The position numbers and the translations under genes were made by a program. Shown piece by piece: positions 1 through 10,194 of a DNA stretch of 64,000 bases (its first letter is position 1; each line of letters begins with the position of its first letter). The notes under the pieces were generated by a model, which searched no databases, had not been told where the DNA came from, and saw nothing but the letters and a program-made list of their open reading frames with translations. The DNA lies in assembly GCA_964505635.1 (NCBI GenBank), contig CAZDIP010000001.1, positions 116,386-180,385 of the forward strand. Direction: 5' to 3'. The stretch is from an uncultured Candidatus Saccharibacteria bacterium. Lineage in GTDB: Bacteria > Patescibacteriota > Doudnabacteria > UBA920.

Positions 1-30
1 GGCGCGCATGTCCAGAGCAGACTGCGCGCC
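1..30 (-). terminator. GC-rich hairpin (GGCGCGCA-N14-TGCGCGCC) 3' of the minus-strand lytic transglycosylase gene
   Basis: Perfect 8-bp inverted repeat read directly, immediately downstream (minus strand) of the TAG at 36..34. The U-tract would lie outside the window. Confidence 0.3.
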
Positions 31-33
31 TTA

Positions 34-1432
34 CTATTTTATTGCCAATTCCTGGCCGTTGAAATGTTGTATAACTTTGTAAATTTTTTGTAAATAATTG
101 ACTGTTTCTTGCCTTAAGGCGGCTGGTTGTAAAGTATCCAGCTGAGAGTTTATGCCGGCTAATTCGGTTTGGGCTTTAGCAAGCTGGGATTTTAGGCTGT
201 TTTGAGTTTTTTTGTCAGGAGCCTTTTTAATTTTTGCTTTTAAATTTTTTATTTGCGTATTAGCTTTGTTGGCCTGGTCTTTTAGTATCGCAATTTGTCC
301 ATTACGATCTTCATTCCAGGTATCCCCAAAAGCATTGACCGCTCTGGCCACTCTGGTCGTTCCGCCATTGTAAGAAGCCGCGGCATAGTCAAAAACTCGG
401 CCAGAGGCAAAGCCGTAACTCGCCTTGATTCTCACCGCTCCCGCGTAGTCGTCCAGCAGTAAATACATGGCTTTTATAGCATTTCTGTGATCCGACATGC
501 CGTCTACAAAATTTGCTATTAAGTTTAAATCAGCATGTCTTTTAACCAGCGATTCGTAGGTGGAAGGAATAAATTGGGCTATTCCGCGTGCGCCGGCGGA
601 AGAAACGCTGTATTTATAGGTATCGCCTGTATTTAAAGCCAGTAAAATATTTAACTGGTTAATTGTGCCCTGGGCATTATTGTTAACTAGCACTTGCGCG
701 GTGTCTGTATGTTCGGCATAAACCAGTGCTTTTATTAAACTCGGTTTTATGGCTTCGGTGATGGTAAGTCCCGGCACTGCTTGGGAGGGAATATGGCTTA
801 AACTTTGGGCAACGTCTGAAATTACATTATTTAAGTAATTCGCGCCGTAATTTAAAACATCCGAAGAATTGAAATTTGGATTATAAGGCACATATAAAGC
901 ATCATAAATACCGGCTTCAATTTTTGCTTTGTTGCCGCTCTCCGGATTAGTAATTAAATATTTTATTGCAATGACTTGGGCGTTTTCAGGCTTTGTTACT
1001 GAAAACCGGCTATTTACTCCGTTAAACCTGACCAAGCTAACCTCTGTATCACTTTTGGGGAAAGTCATGGTCTTGCCGTTTTGTTTACCCACCACAATTT
1101 TTATGTTGTTAGTGTTGGGGTCTAATACTGCAACAGCAATATCCTTGCTGGTTAAATTGTAGGAAGAAATGGTCTTTGTTGTTTTACCGGTTTTTTTGTT
1201 CTTTACGTTTTTGTAAACCGGAGTTAAACTATAACTCAATTTTATCTGGCTTAATTTTGCTTTTGCTTCCGCAGCGGCGAGGATCAAAGAAGGTGCCGTG
1301 CTCGTGCTTTGCCCTAAAATTAAAGTCGGCGTTGTTGAAGCCTGAACCGAATTTGAAAAATTTATCAGGCCTAGGCCTGATAATAAAGTTGCGCACAAAA
1401 ATAAAAGACAATTTTTTGTTTGTAATTTCATG
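34..1432 (-). CDS. secreted lytic transglycosylase (SLT domain) with C-terminal coiled-coil region
   Basis: Signal-peptide-like N-terminus MKLQTKNCLLFLCATLLSG..VQA. SLT-type motif AEH ... SSAGARGIAQFIPSTYESL. The internal Met at 1432 is preferred over the track start at 1482. Confidence 0.6.
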
Positions 1433-1463
1433 CTATTATTATAACATATCAATTTTTCGTTCC

Positions 1464-2912
1464 ATGACCAATTTAGTAACAAAAAATATATTTTGGCTCA
1501 GCTTTTCCAGAATTTCCGCGTTAGTAATGCTCTTTTTTGCCTATACTCAGTTGTTTAGGTATTTGGGTCCTGAAATCTACGGCCAGTACCAGTTTGTTTT
1601 GTCCTATGTAATGCTTTTTTCCACAGTGGTTGACTTCGGTATTCAGCAGTTTATTCAAAAAAAAATCAGTGAAGAACCGGCTAAAACAAAAAAGTATTTC
1701 CAAGATTTTTTAAATTTTGAAATTTTTGCAGCCGGGTTTTTGTTTGGCGCCTTAATTTTAATTGCTTACTTAAATAGTTACCCGAGGGAAATTTTTTACG
1801 GCATACTTGTGGCGGGTTTTGGTATGTCTATAAATGCATTATGCTATCCCTACTTGGCTGTCATGTCCGCTTTCCAGGATTTAAAAAAAGTAGCGTTAAT
1901 AAATTTTATTAACTCGTTTGTTAACATTACGATAATTTTTTTAGCAATTTGGCTAAAATTTGAAATTGTGTTTTTGGCCGCTATTCAGTTGGTGTTTGGC
2001 GCGGTTGATTTAATCCTGTATAAGGTTTTTACAAAAAAATATTTAAAAAACAACCAACAACCCTACCAGTTTAGAGGTTTTTTTGTGGATATAGTTGGGA
2101 TTTTAAAAAAAGGCTGGCCGTTTGTACTCCTGGTAGGTTTTAGCTCTATTTATAATCGCATAGACATGGTAATTATTTCCCACTTAAAAGGCTTTGAACA
2201 GACAGGTTATTATGCAGCGGCATACAAGCTTTTTGATCTTTTGGCTTTTTTCCCCGCCATAGTTTCGCACGCCTTATACCCCTTTTTTGCCGCCAGCGTT
2301 GCTAAAAATTTATTTTTTGAAATTAAAGAAACTTTGGAAAAATATTTAAGACTTATGTTTTTGCTGGCGTTACCCATGGCAGTCGGCGGAACCTTATTGT
2401 CGGAGGGTTTAATTAAGCTGATTGCCGGACCTGAATATTTATCGGCCGCTCCCGTGTTCGCGATTTTGATTTGGGCAGCGGCTTTGTTATTTATGTATAT
2501 TCCCTTAAACGCCTTTGTCATTTCGCAGTTTACTAAAAAAGCGGCCTTTATAACCGGCGTAAATGTTTTTTTAAATATCGCCGGTAATTTGTTTTTTATG
2601 GGTTATCTGGGTTATGGAATTTGGAGCGCTGCCGTAATGACAATTTTAAGCGAATTATTACAGGGCGCATTTTACTTTTATTTGGTTAAGACTAAGTTAA
2701 ATGGCCTGGTTTTTAAAAAAAATTTTTGGCCTCCTTTTTTCGCTTCAGCGGGAATGGGGGTCATTTTATATTTTTTGAAACCGGCAAATTTAGTATTTGG
2801 TTTGTTAACAGGCGGTTTTACCTACCTAATTCTTTTATTTTTAATGGGCTATATAAAAAAAACGGACATTCTTTTTATTCAGTCTTTTATATCGCTGAAA
2901 AAGCATGACTAA
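1464..2912 (+). CDS. Wzx-like polysaccharide flippase (MOP superfamily membrane protein)
   Basis: About 482 aa, polytopic, hydrophobic. N-terminus MTNLVTKNIFWLSFSRIS is typical of O-unit flippases. The track start at 1176 would overlap the divergent gene, so the ATG at 1464 is used. Confidence 0.55.
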   Translation: MTNLVTKNIFWLSFSRISALVMLFFAYTQLFRYLGPEIYGQYQFVLSYVMLFSTVVDFGIQQFIQKKISEEPAKTKKYFQDFLNFEIFAAGFLFGALILIAYLNSYPREIFYGILVAGFGMSINALCYPYLAVMSAFQDLKKVALINFINSFVNITIIFLAIWLKFEIVFLAAIQLVFGAVDLILYKVFTKKYLKNNQQPYQFRGFFVDIVGILKKGWPFVLLVGFSSIYNRIDMVIISHLKGFEQTGYYAAAYKLFDLLAFFPAIVSHALYPFFAASVAKNLFFEIKETLEKYLRLMFLLALPMAVGGTLLSEGLIKLIAGPEYLSAAPVFAILIWAAALLFMYIPLNAFVISQFTKKAAFITGVNVFLNIAGNLFFMGYLGYGIWSAAVMTILSELLQGAFYFYLVKTKLNGLVFKKNFWPPFFASAGMGVILYFLKPANLVFGLLTGGFTYLILLFLMGYIKKTDILFIQSFISLKKHD

Positions 2913-3336
2913 ACGCAATCTTACCAAAATTATGGTTTTTGGAACATTTGATATTCTGCATAAAGGCCATATAAGTTTTTTTAAACAGGCTAGAAAGCTG
3001 GCAAAAAAACCTTACTTGATTGTAAGCGTGGCGCGCGATAAAAATGTAAAAAAAATTAAAAAACATTCCCCATTTTATTCCGAGGCGCGGAGATTATATA
3101 ATCTAAAAAAGTTAAAATTTGTTGACAAGGTAGTTTTAGGCTCTAAAAGCGGCTATTTAAAACACATATTAAATAACAAGCCTGACATTGTGGCTCTTGG
3201 TTATGACCAAAAAGCTTACACTAAGAATTTGTTTCAAAAGCTTAATAATCAAGGGTTGAAGGTAGTAATTAAAAGACTAAGGCCTTTTAAAGCCCAAATC
3301 TATAAATCTTCGCTTTTTTTAAAAAAAATGTTATAA
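2905..3336 (+). CDS. cytidylyltransferase-like nucleotidyltransferase (TagD/RibL family)
   Basis: FGTFDILHKGH (HxGH nucleotidyltransferase motif). Small Rossmann-like protein within a glycan gene cluster. Confidence 0.55.
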   Translation: MTKRNLTKIMVFGTFDILHKGHISFFKQARKLAKKPYLIVSVARDKNVKKIKKHSPFYSEARRLYNLKKLKFVDKVVLGSKSGYLKHILNNKPDIVALGYDQKAYTKNLFQKLNNQGLKVVIKRLRPFKAQIYKSSLFLKKML

Positions 3337-3354
3337 TTAAAAAAATAGGTATAT

Positions 3355-4014
3355 ATGGAAATAAATAATACAAATAATATCAGCACCCAGACACCAACCA
3401 GCATCCAAACAGAAAACAACAAGCAATTTAAAAGTTTTTGGCCGGTAATAATTATTGCTACTTTATCAGCCTTAGTAGGCGGTTTGGTAGTTTGGAGTGT
3501 GAATAATACAAATTTGGAGCAAGATGCGCTAAGTCTTTTACCCGGAAGTTCTTATTCTAAAGTTCACGAACAGGTAGAGAAAGACAAGGTAACCCAAAAC
3601 CAGACTTACAGTATGCTGGCTGAAGCCGGTGAAATTCAGGCAAAAAATTGGTTGACTTATAAGAATCAAGAGTATGGTTTTAAGTTGAGTTTTCCGCCAA
3701 CATGGGAAGGGTACAAGGTATTCATATCATCGGGAAGCAACGGAGTAGGAGCTCCAACATATTTGAGTTTTTCAATGCCGACAGTAGACAAATTGAGTTT
3801 TGTTGCTAGCCAAACAGAGCAAGTATATGGTTATGCGTCAATTTTTGAAATAACTGTTATAGCTAAAGAGAGGCAGTATCAGGGAACTGGCACTAAAATG
3901 GCCGAAGATAAAGACAATGTTTATTATTATACAGTCAATGGTGTTCCCGGGGATTTAAAAAATATAAATTTTGAAACCCAGAAAATTATTTCTACTTTTG
4001 AATTCATAAAATAA
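3355..4014 (+). CDS. hypothetical membrane-anchored protein
   Basis: ORF with one N-terminal TM segment (FWPVIIIATLSALVGGLVVW). No recognisable motif. Confidence 0.4.
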   Translation: MEINNTNNISTQTPTSIQTENNKQFKSFWPVIIIATLSALVGGLVVWSVNNTNLEQDALSLLPGSSYSKVHEQVEKDKVTQNQTYSMLAEAGEIQAKNWLTYKNQEYGFKLSFPPTWEGYKVFISSGSNGVGAPTYLSFSMPTVDKLSFVASQTEQVYGYASIFEITVIAKERQYQGTGTKMAEDKDNVYYYTVNGVPGDLKNINFETQKIISTFEFIK

Positions 4015-5094
4015 ATGTTAATTGGCATAGAAGCAGAAAGGGCGAATAATCCGGAAAAGACCGGAGTGGAGCATTATGCCAAGCAGCTTATTCTGCATTT
4101 GGCAAAAATTGATTCTGTTAACGAATATGTACTATTCCTCCGGACTAAACCGGAGGAATGGTTTTTTAAGCTGCCAAAGAACTTTAAAGTAAAAATTATA
4201 CCGTTTCCAATTTTTTGGACGCAAATCCGTCTTTCTTTGGAAATGCTATTTAATCCGGTTGACGTGCTGTTCATTCCGGCTTCGGCTTTGCCGTTTATTC
4301 ATCCAAAATGCAGCATTGTAACAATTCACGATGTAGCTTGGAGGTATTTTCCAAAAAGTTTTACTTGGTTTATGCGCAATTTTTTGGAATGGTCAACAAA
4401 ATTTGCGATTAAGAATGCTTCAAATATTATTGCGGTTTCGGAAAGTACCAAGCGGGATTTGGTAAAATTTTATGGAGTGGGAGAAAAAAAGATCACAGTT
4501 ATTCATCATGGTTTTGAAAGCCCGAATGATCAAAAGCTACAAGCTACCAGCTACAAGCTACCAGCTAAGTATATTTTATTCCTTTCTACCATCCAACCAA
4601 GGAAAAATTTACAAGGGCTCATTGAAGCATTTAAGGATTTAAAAACTGAAAATCCAGAAATTTCTCATAAATTAGTTGTTGTGGGAAGGCCTGGATGGAA
4701 ATACCAGAAAATATTAAAATATATTGATAGTTATAAGGATATCGTTCTGTATTTAGGCCATGTTAGCGATAAAGAGCGATTTAGCATACTCTCAAAAGCG
4801 GATTTATTAGTTTTGCCTAGTTTCTACGAGGGTTTTGGCATGCAAATCTTAGAAGCGTTTGAAGCGGGCACGCCGGTTGCGACTTCCAATGTTTCCAGTA
4901 TGCCAGAAGTAGCCAAAGAAGCAGCGATTTATTTTAATCCTCACAACGCAGCAGAAATAAAAAATTCAATTAAGGCGGTATTGTTGGACAAATCACTGGC
5001 CGACCGCCTGAGACAAAAAGGCTGCGAAAGGCTTAAAGAATTTTCCTGGGAAAAGTGCGCCAGCCAGACTTTGGATTTAATTAAGAATTTTTAG
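4015..5094 (+). CDS. glycosyltransferase family 4 (GT-B fold)
   Basis: C-terminal LPSFYEGFGMQILEAFEAG (E-x7-E GT4 motif). Paralogous to the GT4 genes at 23801 and 24922. Confidence 0.7.
   Translation: MLIGIEAERANNPEKTGVEHYAKQLILHLAKIDSVNEYVLFLRTKPEEWFFKLPKNFKVKIIPFPIFWTQIRLSLEMLFNPVDVLFIPASALPFIHPKCSIVTIHDVAWRYFPKSFTWFMRNFLEWSTKFAIKNASNIIAVSESTKRDLVKFYGVGEKKITVIHHGFESPNDQKLQATSYKLPAKYILFLSTIQPRKNLQGLIEAFKDLKTENPEISHKLVVVGRPGWKYQKILKYIDSYKDIVLYLGHVSDKERFSILSKADLLVLPSFYEGFGMQILEAFEAGTPVATSNVSSMPEVAKEAAIYFNPHNAAEIKNSIKAVLLDKSLADRLRQKGCERLKEFSWEKCASQTLDLIKNF
4534..4569 (+). repeat. 14-bp tandem direct repeat (CAAGCTACCAGCTA x2 plus partial copy) inside the GT4 coding sequence
   Basis: Read directly: 4540..4553 and 4554..4567 are identical. 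The unit length is not a multiple of 3. Confidence 0.6.
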
Positions 5095-5095
5095 T

Positions 5096-6385
5096 ATGGA
5101 TTTATTTTTATTTTTCCTATTTATTGCATTAGCTTTTGGTTTTTTTTGCTTTTTTGTCAGGGGGCCTTACAAGCAAAGTCCTTTATGGCTTATGTTTTCA
5201 GCATGGATGTTGGCCTTGGGTGTACCAAGACTTAATTTATCCCGAATTGAACGTCCCGGAAGTTTTGAATTTTGGATTTTGGTTTTTTTGTCATTGGCAA
5301 GTTTTGCTTTCGGGTTTTTTGTTTTTAAAGCCTGGGCTGATAAGTGGAAAATTTGGGCGCAAATTGCCACTTATTTCAATAACGAGATTTCCCTAAAAAC
5401 TTTACGTATTGTTATCTATATTTTGTGCCTAATTTCTTTAGCCGCTCTTTATTTATTTTATGAAAAAGCCGGAAATTTTCCGCTGTTAGATGTTAGTCCC
5501 GACGAGTTTAGATTTGCGGCGGATGAAAAAGTTCCAGGCTTAATTAATTATTCCGCCCAGCTTGCCAGGTTATTTGTGCCTTTATCTTTTTATCTTATTC
5601 TTAAAGAAGGTTTTGTATTTAAAAAACACCTGGATTTAGTTATTATTAATTTGGTTGGGATATTTGCCCTGATTTTGTTTGCTTCAAGAACCCAGATATA
5701 TTTTATTGACCTGTGGGTTATGGCCTTGTATTTATTTATAAGAAAACCAGACTTAAAAAGGGCTTTAAAATTTTATCCGATCTTTTTGTTAATATCAGTC
5801 GTGGTTCTTTCAGCAATTCCTTTAATAAGACAAGCAAAAAGCTATGGTAGCGACTATTTGGCCGACATAACGGAAATTGACAGCAGGAATTTTTCAAGGC
5901 CAGCGAAACTTTTATTGCCAATTTATGTTGGAATTTCGTTTAATATGCAGGCTCTTATGCACGCAGAGGAATATTATCAACATAACCCTTTGCAAAAAGG
6001 CAAGGTCAGCATGCATCCTTTTACTAATATGCTAGGGCTGAAAAATTTAAAACCGGAATTTGATTTGGGCAAAATTTTTAAACCATGGTGGAATACCGGG
6101 ACTTATTTATTTCCCTTCATTCAGGATTTTGGACGGGTGGCGTTTTTTGCGGTGCCGTTTTTGTTCGCCGGTGTTTTTACAATTTTGTGGAAATTTTTAC
6201 AGACAAACGCTAATTTTTTATCCATAAATTTTTATGCTTACGTTTGCTTTTTTATAGTAATGAGTATTTATTTGTCATTTACAGTAAGAGCTGAAATGTA
6301 CATGGATATTTTTTTTATTTTTCTAATTTATTTTCTAACAAAAAAACCAAACACTAGGTTGCTAGATAGTAACCTAGTGAAATAA
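5096..6385 (+). CDS. Wzy-like O-antigen/oligosaccharide polymerase family membrane protein
   Basis: Polytopic membrane protein with no catalytic motif, located between glycosyltransferases. Assignment rests on context and topology only. Confidence 0.4.
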   Translation: MDLFLFFLFIALAFGFFCFFVRGPYKQSPLWLMFSAWMLALGVPRLNLSRIERPGSFEFWILVFLSLASFAFGFFVFKAWADKWKIWAQIATYFNNEISLKTLRIVIYILCLISLAALYLFYEKAGNFPLLDVSPDEFRFAADEKVPGLINYSAQLARLFVPLSFYLILKEGFVFKKHLDLVIINLVGIFALILFASRTQIYFIDLWVMALYLFIRKPDLKRALKFYPIFLLISVVVLSAIPLIRQAKSYGSDYLADITEIDSRNFSRPAKLLLPIYVGISFNMQALMHAEEYYQHNPLQKGKVSMHPFTNMLGLKNLKPEFDLGKIFKPWWNTGTYLFPFIQDFGRVAFFAVPFLFAGVFTILWKFLQTNANFLSINFYAYVCFFIVMSIYLSFTVRAEMYMDIFFIFLIYFLTKKPNTRLLDSNLVK

Positions 6386-6387
6386 AA

Positions 6388-7341
6388 ATGCCTAAAGTTA
6401 CTGTAATTCAAGTGATTTATAATAACCGCAAGTGGATTCCGTCGGTTTTTGACGCGATTTTTAGACAAACTTTTTCAGATTTTAACGTCGTTGCCGTAAT
6501 TGCGGGAAATCAAGGTGGCAGTAAAGAATATATAGCCGAGCATTATCCGCAAACAGAAATAATTGACCCTGGCTATAATATTGGTTTTGCCAAAGGTCAT
6601 AATTTGGTTTTCTCTTCATCAGATTCTGAATATTTCCAATTAGTAAACCCGGACATGATAATGGAGCCGAATTATATTGAGGAAATATTAAAAGCTTTTA
6701 GTGGTGAAAAAGTAGGCGCGGCAACGGGAAAACTATATAAAATAAGCAATGAACAATCAGCAGTAGGCAGAAAGCAGAATGTTCTTGATACTACAGGGGT
6801 GGTTATTAATAAATCCGGACGGGCATATGACAGGGGACAGCATGAGGTTGACAGCGGGCAATACGACAGCCTGGTTAATGTAGATGCGGTTTCAGCGGCT
6901 GGAGCTATGTATAGCGCAGCTGCCTTAAAGGCTACACGCATAACTATAAATGACAGCATTGAATATTTTGACGAAGACTTTCATAGCTATTGGGAAGATG
7001 TGGACTTAGCTTGGCGAATGAAAAACGCGGGGTACAAAAGCGTTTTTGCGCCTAAAGCCGTAGGCTATCACGGCCGCGGCGCAGGATCTTCCAAAGGCGG
7101 GTATATAAAAATTTTTAGCTTTATTAAACACCACAGAACGCTGCCGGAAAGAATAAGGCAGCTAAATTACAAAAACCATATTTTTATGTATATAAAAAAC
7201 TCGCCGTACTTTTACCCCCAGTTTTTTGTAAGAGAGTTTTTTATGATAATCTATATACTACTGTTTGAAATTTCTACGCTAAAAGTTTTGCCCGAAATGT
7301 TTAAAAGTTTAAGTAAAATGTTTAAAAAAAGAAAAGTTTAA
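6388..7341 (+). CDS. glycosyltransferase family 2
   Basis: N-terminal VTVIQVIYNN..(GT2 Rossmann), later DxD-like and CWR-like (DLAWRMKNAGYK) elements. Confidence 0.6.
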   Translation: MPKVTVIQVIYNNRKWIPSVFDAIFRQTFSDFNVVAVIAGNQGGSKEYIAEHYPQTEIIDPGYNIGFAKGHNLVFSSSDSEYFQLVNPDMIMEPNYIEEILKAFSGEKVGAATGKLYKISNEQSAVGRKQNVLDTTGVVINKSGRAYDRGQHEVDSGQYDSLVNVDAVSAAGAMYSAAALKATRITINDSIEYFDEDFHSYWEDVDLAWRMKNAGYKSVFAPKAVGYHGRGAGSSKGGYIKIFSFIKHHRTLPERIRQLNYKNHIFMYIKNSPYFYPQFFVREFFMIIYILLFEISTLKVLPEMFKSLSKMFKKRKV

Positions 7342-7349
7342 AAAATTCT

Positions 7350-7934
7350 ATGCTTGAGTCAAAATATTATGGTGATCCCTCAGAGTTTGATCATCAATAT
7401 AGAAATAAAACCCGCAGTGAATCTTACGAAAACCTGCTTTCTGAAACTTGGCATCTTCCGAGCGGTTCAAGAATATTGGATATAGCATCCGGAGTCGGGG
7501 ATGAGGCGCAATTTTTGAAAGAAAATTATTCCGCAACGGTTTTTCAGACTGACATTTCACCAAACCTTTCAAATTTAGTCAGGCCGGAAAGTAATTTTAT
7601 TTTTGCCGATTTTAACAACCAGCCATTTAGGGCCGAAAGCTTTGATGGGGTGCATTGTAAAGACGCTTTGGTTCATGTGAAATCCAAAAATAGATTTTTA
7701 AACGAAGCTTATAGGGTTTTAAAACCAGGCGGCAGTTTTTTTTTGGTAAGTCAGGAAAATTTTGATTTTATTACGGCATCCGGAATAAGATATTATTTTG
7801 TATCGCCCAAAAATATAGGAGAAAAAGCAGAAAAAATTCATTTCAAAATTGAAGTTTTTGGTGAATGGAAGCCAAAAAAAGGAGAAAAGAACTGGCATAA
7901 TCAAGAAAGATTTTACTATATTTTTAGAAAATGA
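7350..7934 (+). CDS. class I SAM-dependent methyltransferase
   Basis: Motif I ILDIASGVGDEAQFL. Post-I/II motifs VLKPGGSFFLV. Confidence 0.65.
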   Translation: MLESKYYGDPSEFDHQYRNKTRSESYENLLSETWHLPSGSRILDIASGVGDEAQFLKENYSATVFQTDISPNLSNLVRPESNFIFADFNNQPFRAESFDGVHCKDALVHVKSKNRFLNEAYRVLKPGGSFFLVSQENFDFITASGIRYYFVSPKNIGEKAEKIHFKIEVFGEWKPKKGEKNWHNQERFYYIFRK

Positions 7935-8797
7935 ATTTAAGCAAAATTTCCATAATCATACTGTCTTACAATTCTAAAACCGACTTAGAGCGGCTTTTGC
8001 CGAGTATTTTTGCTAGTGAGGGCAGTATTAATTACGAAGTCATTGTGATTGATAATGGTTCAACTGACGGGACATTGGATTGGTTAAAAGCTGCAATCTA
8101 CAAGCTGACAGCTATTGCAAACGCAAATAATGGATTCGCGCACGGGAATAATTTAGGCATTAAAGAGGCGAACGGAAAATATTTGCTTATTCTCAACCCG
8201 GATACCCGCTTAGAAAAAGATACATTAAAAACAATGTACGAGTTTATGGAAGCCTGTCCGCAAGTCGGCATAAGTACTTGCAAGGTCGTGTTACCAAACG
8301 GAAAATTAGACTTAGCTTGCCGCAGAAGGTTTCCCAATCCGTGGAATAGTTTTAAAATGCTATTTTTAAAAAACAATACCGACTATAATTTTATGGATGT
8401 TGATGAAAATCAGTCCATAGAAATTGACGCTTGCATGGGCGCGTTTATGTTTGTAAGGCATTCTGTTTTGGACAAAATTGGCTATTTTGACGAATCTTTT
8501 TTTATGTATGGGGAGGATTTGGACTTATGCTGGCGAGTAAAAGAAGCCGGATATAAAGTTTGGTATAATCCTAAGGTTTTTATTACTCACTTTAAAGGAT
8601 CTTCCTCCCGTAAAATTGCTTTTAAGGCTCTAAAGTGGTTTTATGATTCCATGTGGATTTTTTATAAGAAACACTATTCGGCTAAGTACCCGGTTGTTTT
8701 TAATTGGATTGTGTTTGTCGGCATTTATTCACTGTATACATATAAGTTTATAATCAACTTTTTTAAATTTGAGCCTGAAGTAAGCAGTCGGGGATAA
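7931..8797 (+). CDS. glycosyltransferase family 2
   Basis: ISIIILSYNS...VIVIDNGSTDGT, DLDLCWRVKEAGYK (GT2_2-like). Confidence 0.7.
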   Translation: MNLSKISIIILSYNSKTDLERLLPSIFASEGSINYEVIVIDNGSTDGTLDWLKAAIYKLTAIANANNGFAHGNNLGIKEANGKYLLILNPDTRLEKDTLKTMYEFMEACPQVGISTCKVVLPNGKLDLACRRRFPNPWNSFKMLFLKNNTDYNFMDVDENQSIEIDACMGAFMFVRHSVLDKIGYFDESFFMYGEDLDLCWRVKEAGYKVWYNPKVFITHFKGSSSRKIAFKALKWFYDSMWIFYKKHYSAKYPVVFNWIVFVGIYSLYTYKFIINFFKFEPEVSSRG

Positions 8798-8853
8798 AGC
8801 TTGGAGTTTGTCATAAAAATTGTTATCATACAAAGGTATAATTAACTCAATTT

Positions 8854-10122
8854 ATGGAAAATTCCGATTTTATTCAGACAAATTTAGAACAGGCGCCCAA
8901 ACCTAAATCCAAGTCCAGGTTTGTTTTAATAATTGGCTTTATTTTAGTAGCTTTTTTTGCTTACCAGTTAGGCTTTAAGGCAGGCAGGGAGGGATATGTT
9001 TTTGATCCAAAAAGCTTTAAAGTAATAAACCAGGCCGATCAACCACAAATAGTAGATTACAGCCTGTTGTGGGATGCTCTAAACATTTTAGACACTAAAT
9101 TTATTGACAAGCCGCTTAACCCTCAAAAAGCCCTTTACGGCTCAATAAGAGGAGCCGTTGCTTCTACGGGGGACCCTTACACGGATTTTTTTGAACCTAA
9201 GGCCTTAGAAACTTTTAAAACCGACCTAAAGGGCAGTTTTGACGGAATTGGCGCTGAGGTTTCAAAAAAAGATGGGCTTATCGTGATTGTTGCTCCGTTA
9301 GACGAAAGTCCGGCTAAAAAAGCAGGCTTAAAAGCTCAAGATATAATTTTAAAAGTAAACGGCGAAGATGTATCCGGATGGTCGGTCGAAGAAGCCGTAA
9401 ATAAGATACGAGGACCAAAAGGCAGCGAGGTAACTTTGACAATTTTTAGGCAGGGTGGAGAGAAGCCTTTTGAAGTCACCATTAAAAGGGATGTAATAAG
9501 AATTAAAAGCGTGAAATGGGAATTTAAAACTCAACAGATAAACGGCCAAAATAAAATCATAGCGGTAATTAACTTAACCAAATTTGGGGATGATACCGAA
9601 ACCTTGTTTAAACAAGCTGTTAATGAATTGTTGCGAAAAGGCGTTGATGGAATTGTTTTAGATTTAAGAAATGACCCGGGCGGTTATTTGCAAACCGCAG
9701 TTGAAATTTCTTCTAATTGGCTAAAGAGCGGAACTTTGGTTGTAACAGAAGCAAAAAGCACAGGGGAAAATATTTTATACAAATCGGAAGGCTCTGGCAG
9801 GCTGTATGGCGTACCTACAGTTGTGCTGATTAATGGCGGAAGCGCTTCGGCATCTGAAATTCTCGCCGGAGCTTTACAAGACCATAAAATGGCTAAATTA
9901 GTTGGTGAAAAATCTTTTGGCAAGGGTAGTGTCCAGGAATTGGTAGAATTAAAAGACGGAAGTGCACTTAAAGTTACTGTTGCCAAATGGGTCACGCCGG
10001 GAGGTAAAAATTTAAACAAAGAGGGATTAACTCCCGATATTGAGATAAAAATTTCAGATGAGGATTTAAAAAACAACAAGGATACACAGCTTGAAAAAGC
10101 TTTGGAAGAAGTAATAAAATAG
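8854..10122 (+). CDS. ctpA: carboxyl-terminal processing protease (S41) with PDZ domain
   Basis: N-terminal TM segment. PDZ region (SPAKKAGLKAQDIILKVNGEDV). S41 catalytic region VLINGGSASASEILAG. Confidence 0.75.
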   Translation: MENSDFIQTNLEQAPKPKSKSRFVLIIGFILVAFFAYQLGFKAGREGYVFDPKSFKVINQADQPQIVDYSLLWDALNILDTKFIDKPLNPQKALYGSIRGAVASTGDPYTDFFEPKALETFKTDLKGSFDGIGAEVSKKDGLIVIVAPLDESPAKKAGLKAQDIILKVNGEDVSGWSVEEAVNKIRGPKGSEVTLTIFRQGGEKPFEVTIKRDVIRIKSVKWEFKTQQINGQNKIIAVINLTKFGDDTETLFKQAVNELLRKGVDGIVLDLRNDPGGYLQTAVEISSNWLKSGTLVVTEAKSTGENILYKSEGSGRLYGVPTVVLINGGSASASEILAGALQDHKMAKLVGEKSFGKGSVQELVELKDGSALKVTVAKWVTPGGKNLNKEGLTPDIEIKISDEDLKNNKDTQLEKALEEVIK

Positions 10123-10194
10123 ACCGCAAAAACGCGAATATTTTAAAAGTACTAACAATATCTGTATTATTCGCATAATTGCAGGTTAGTGATT

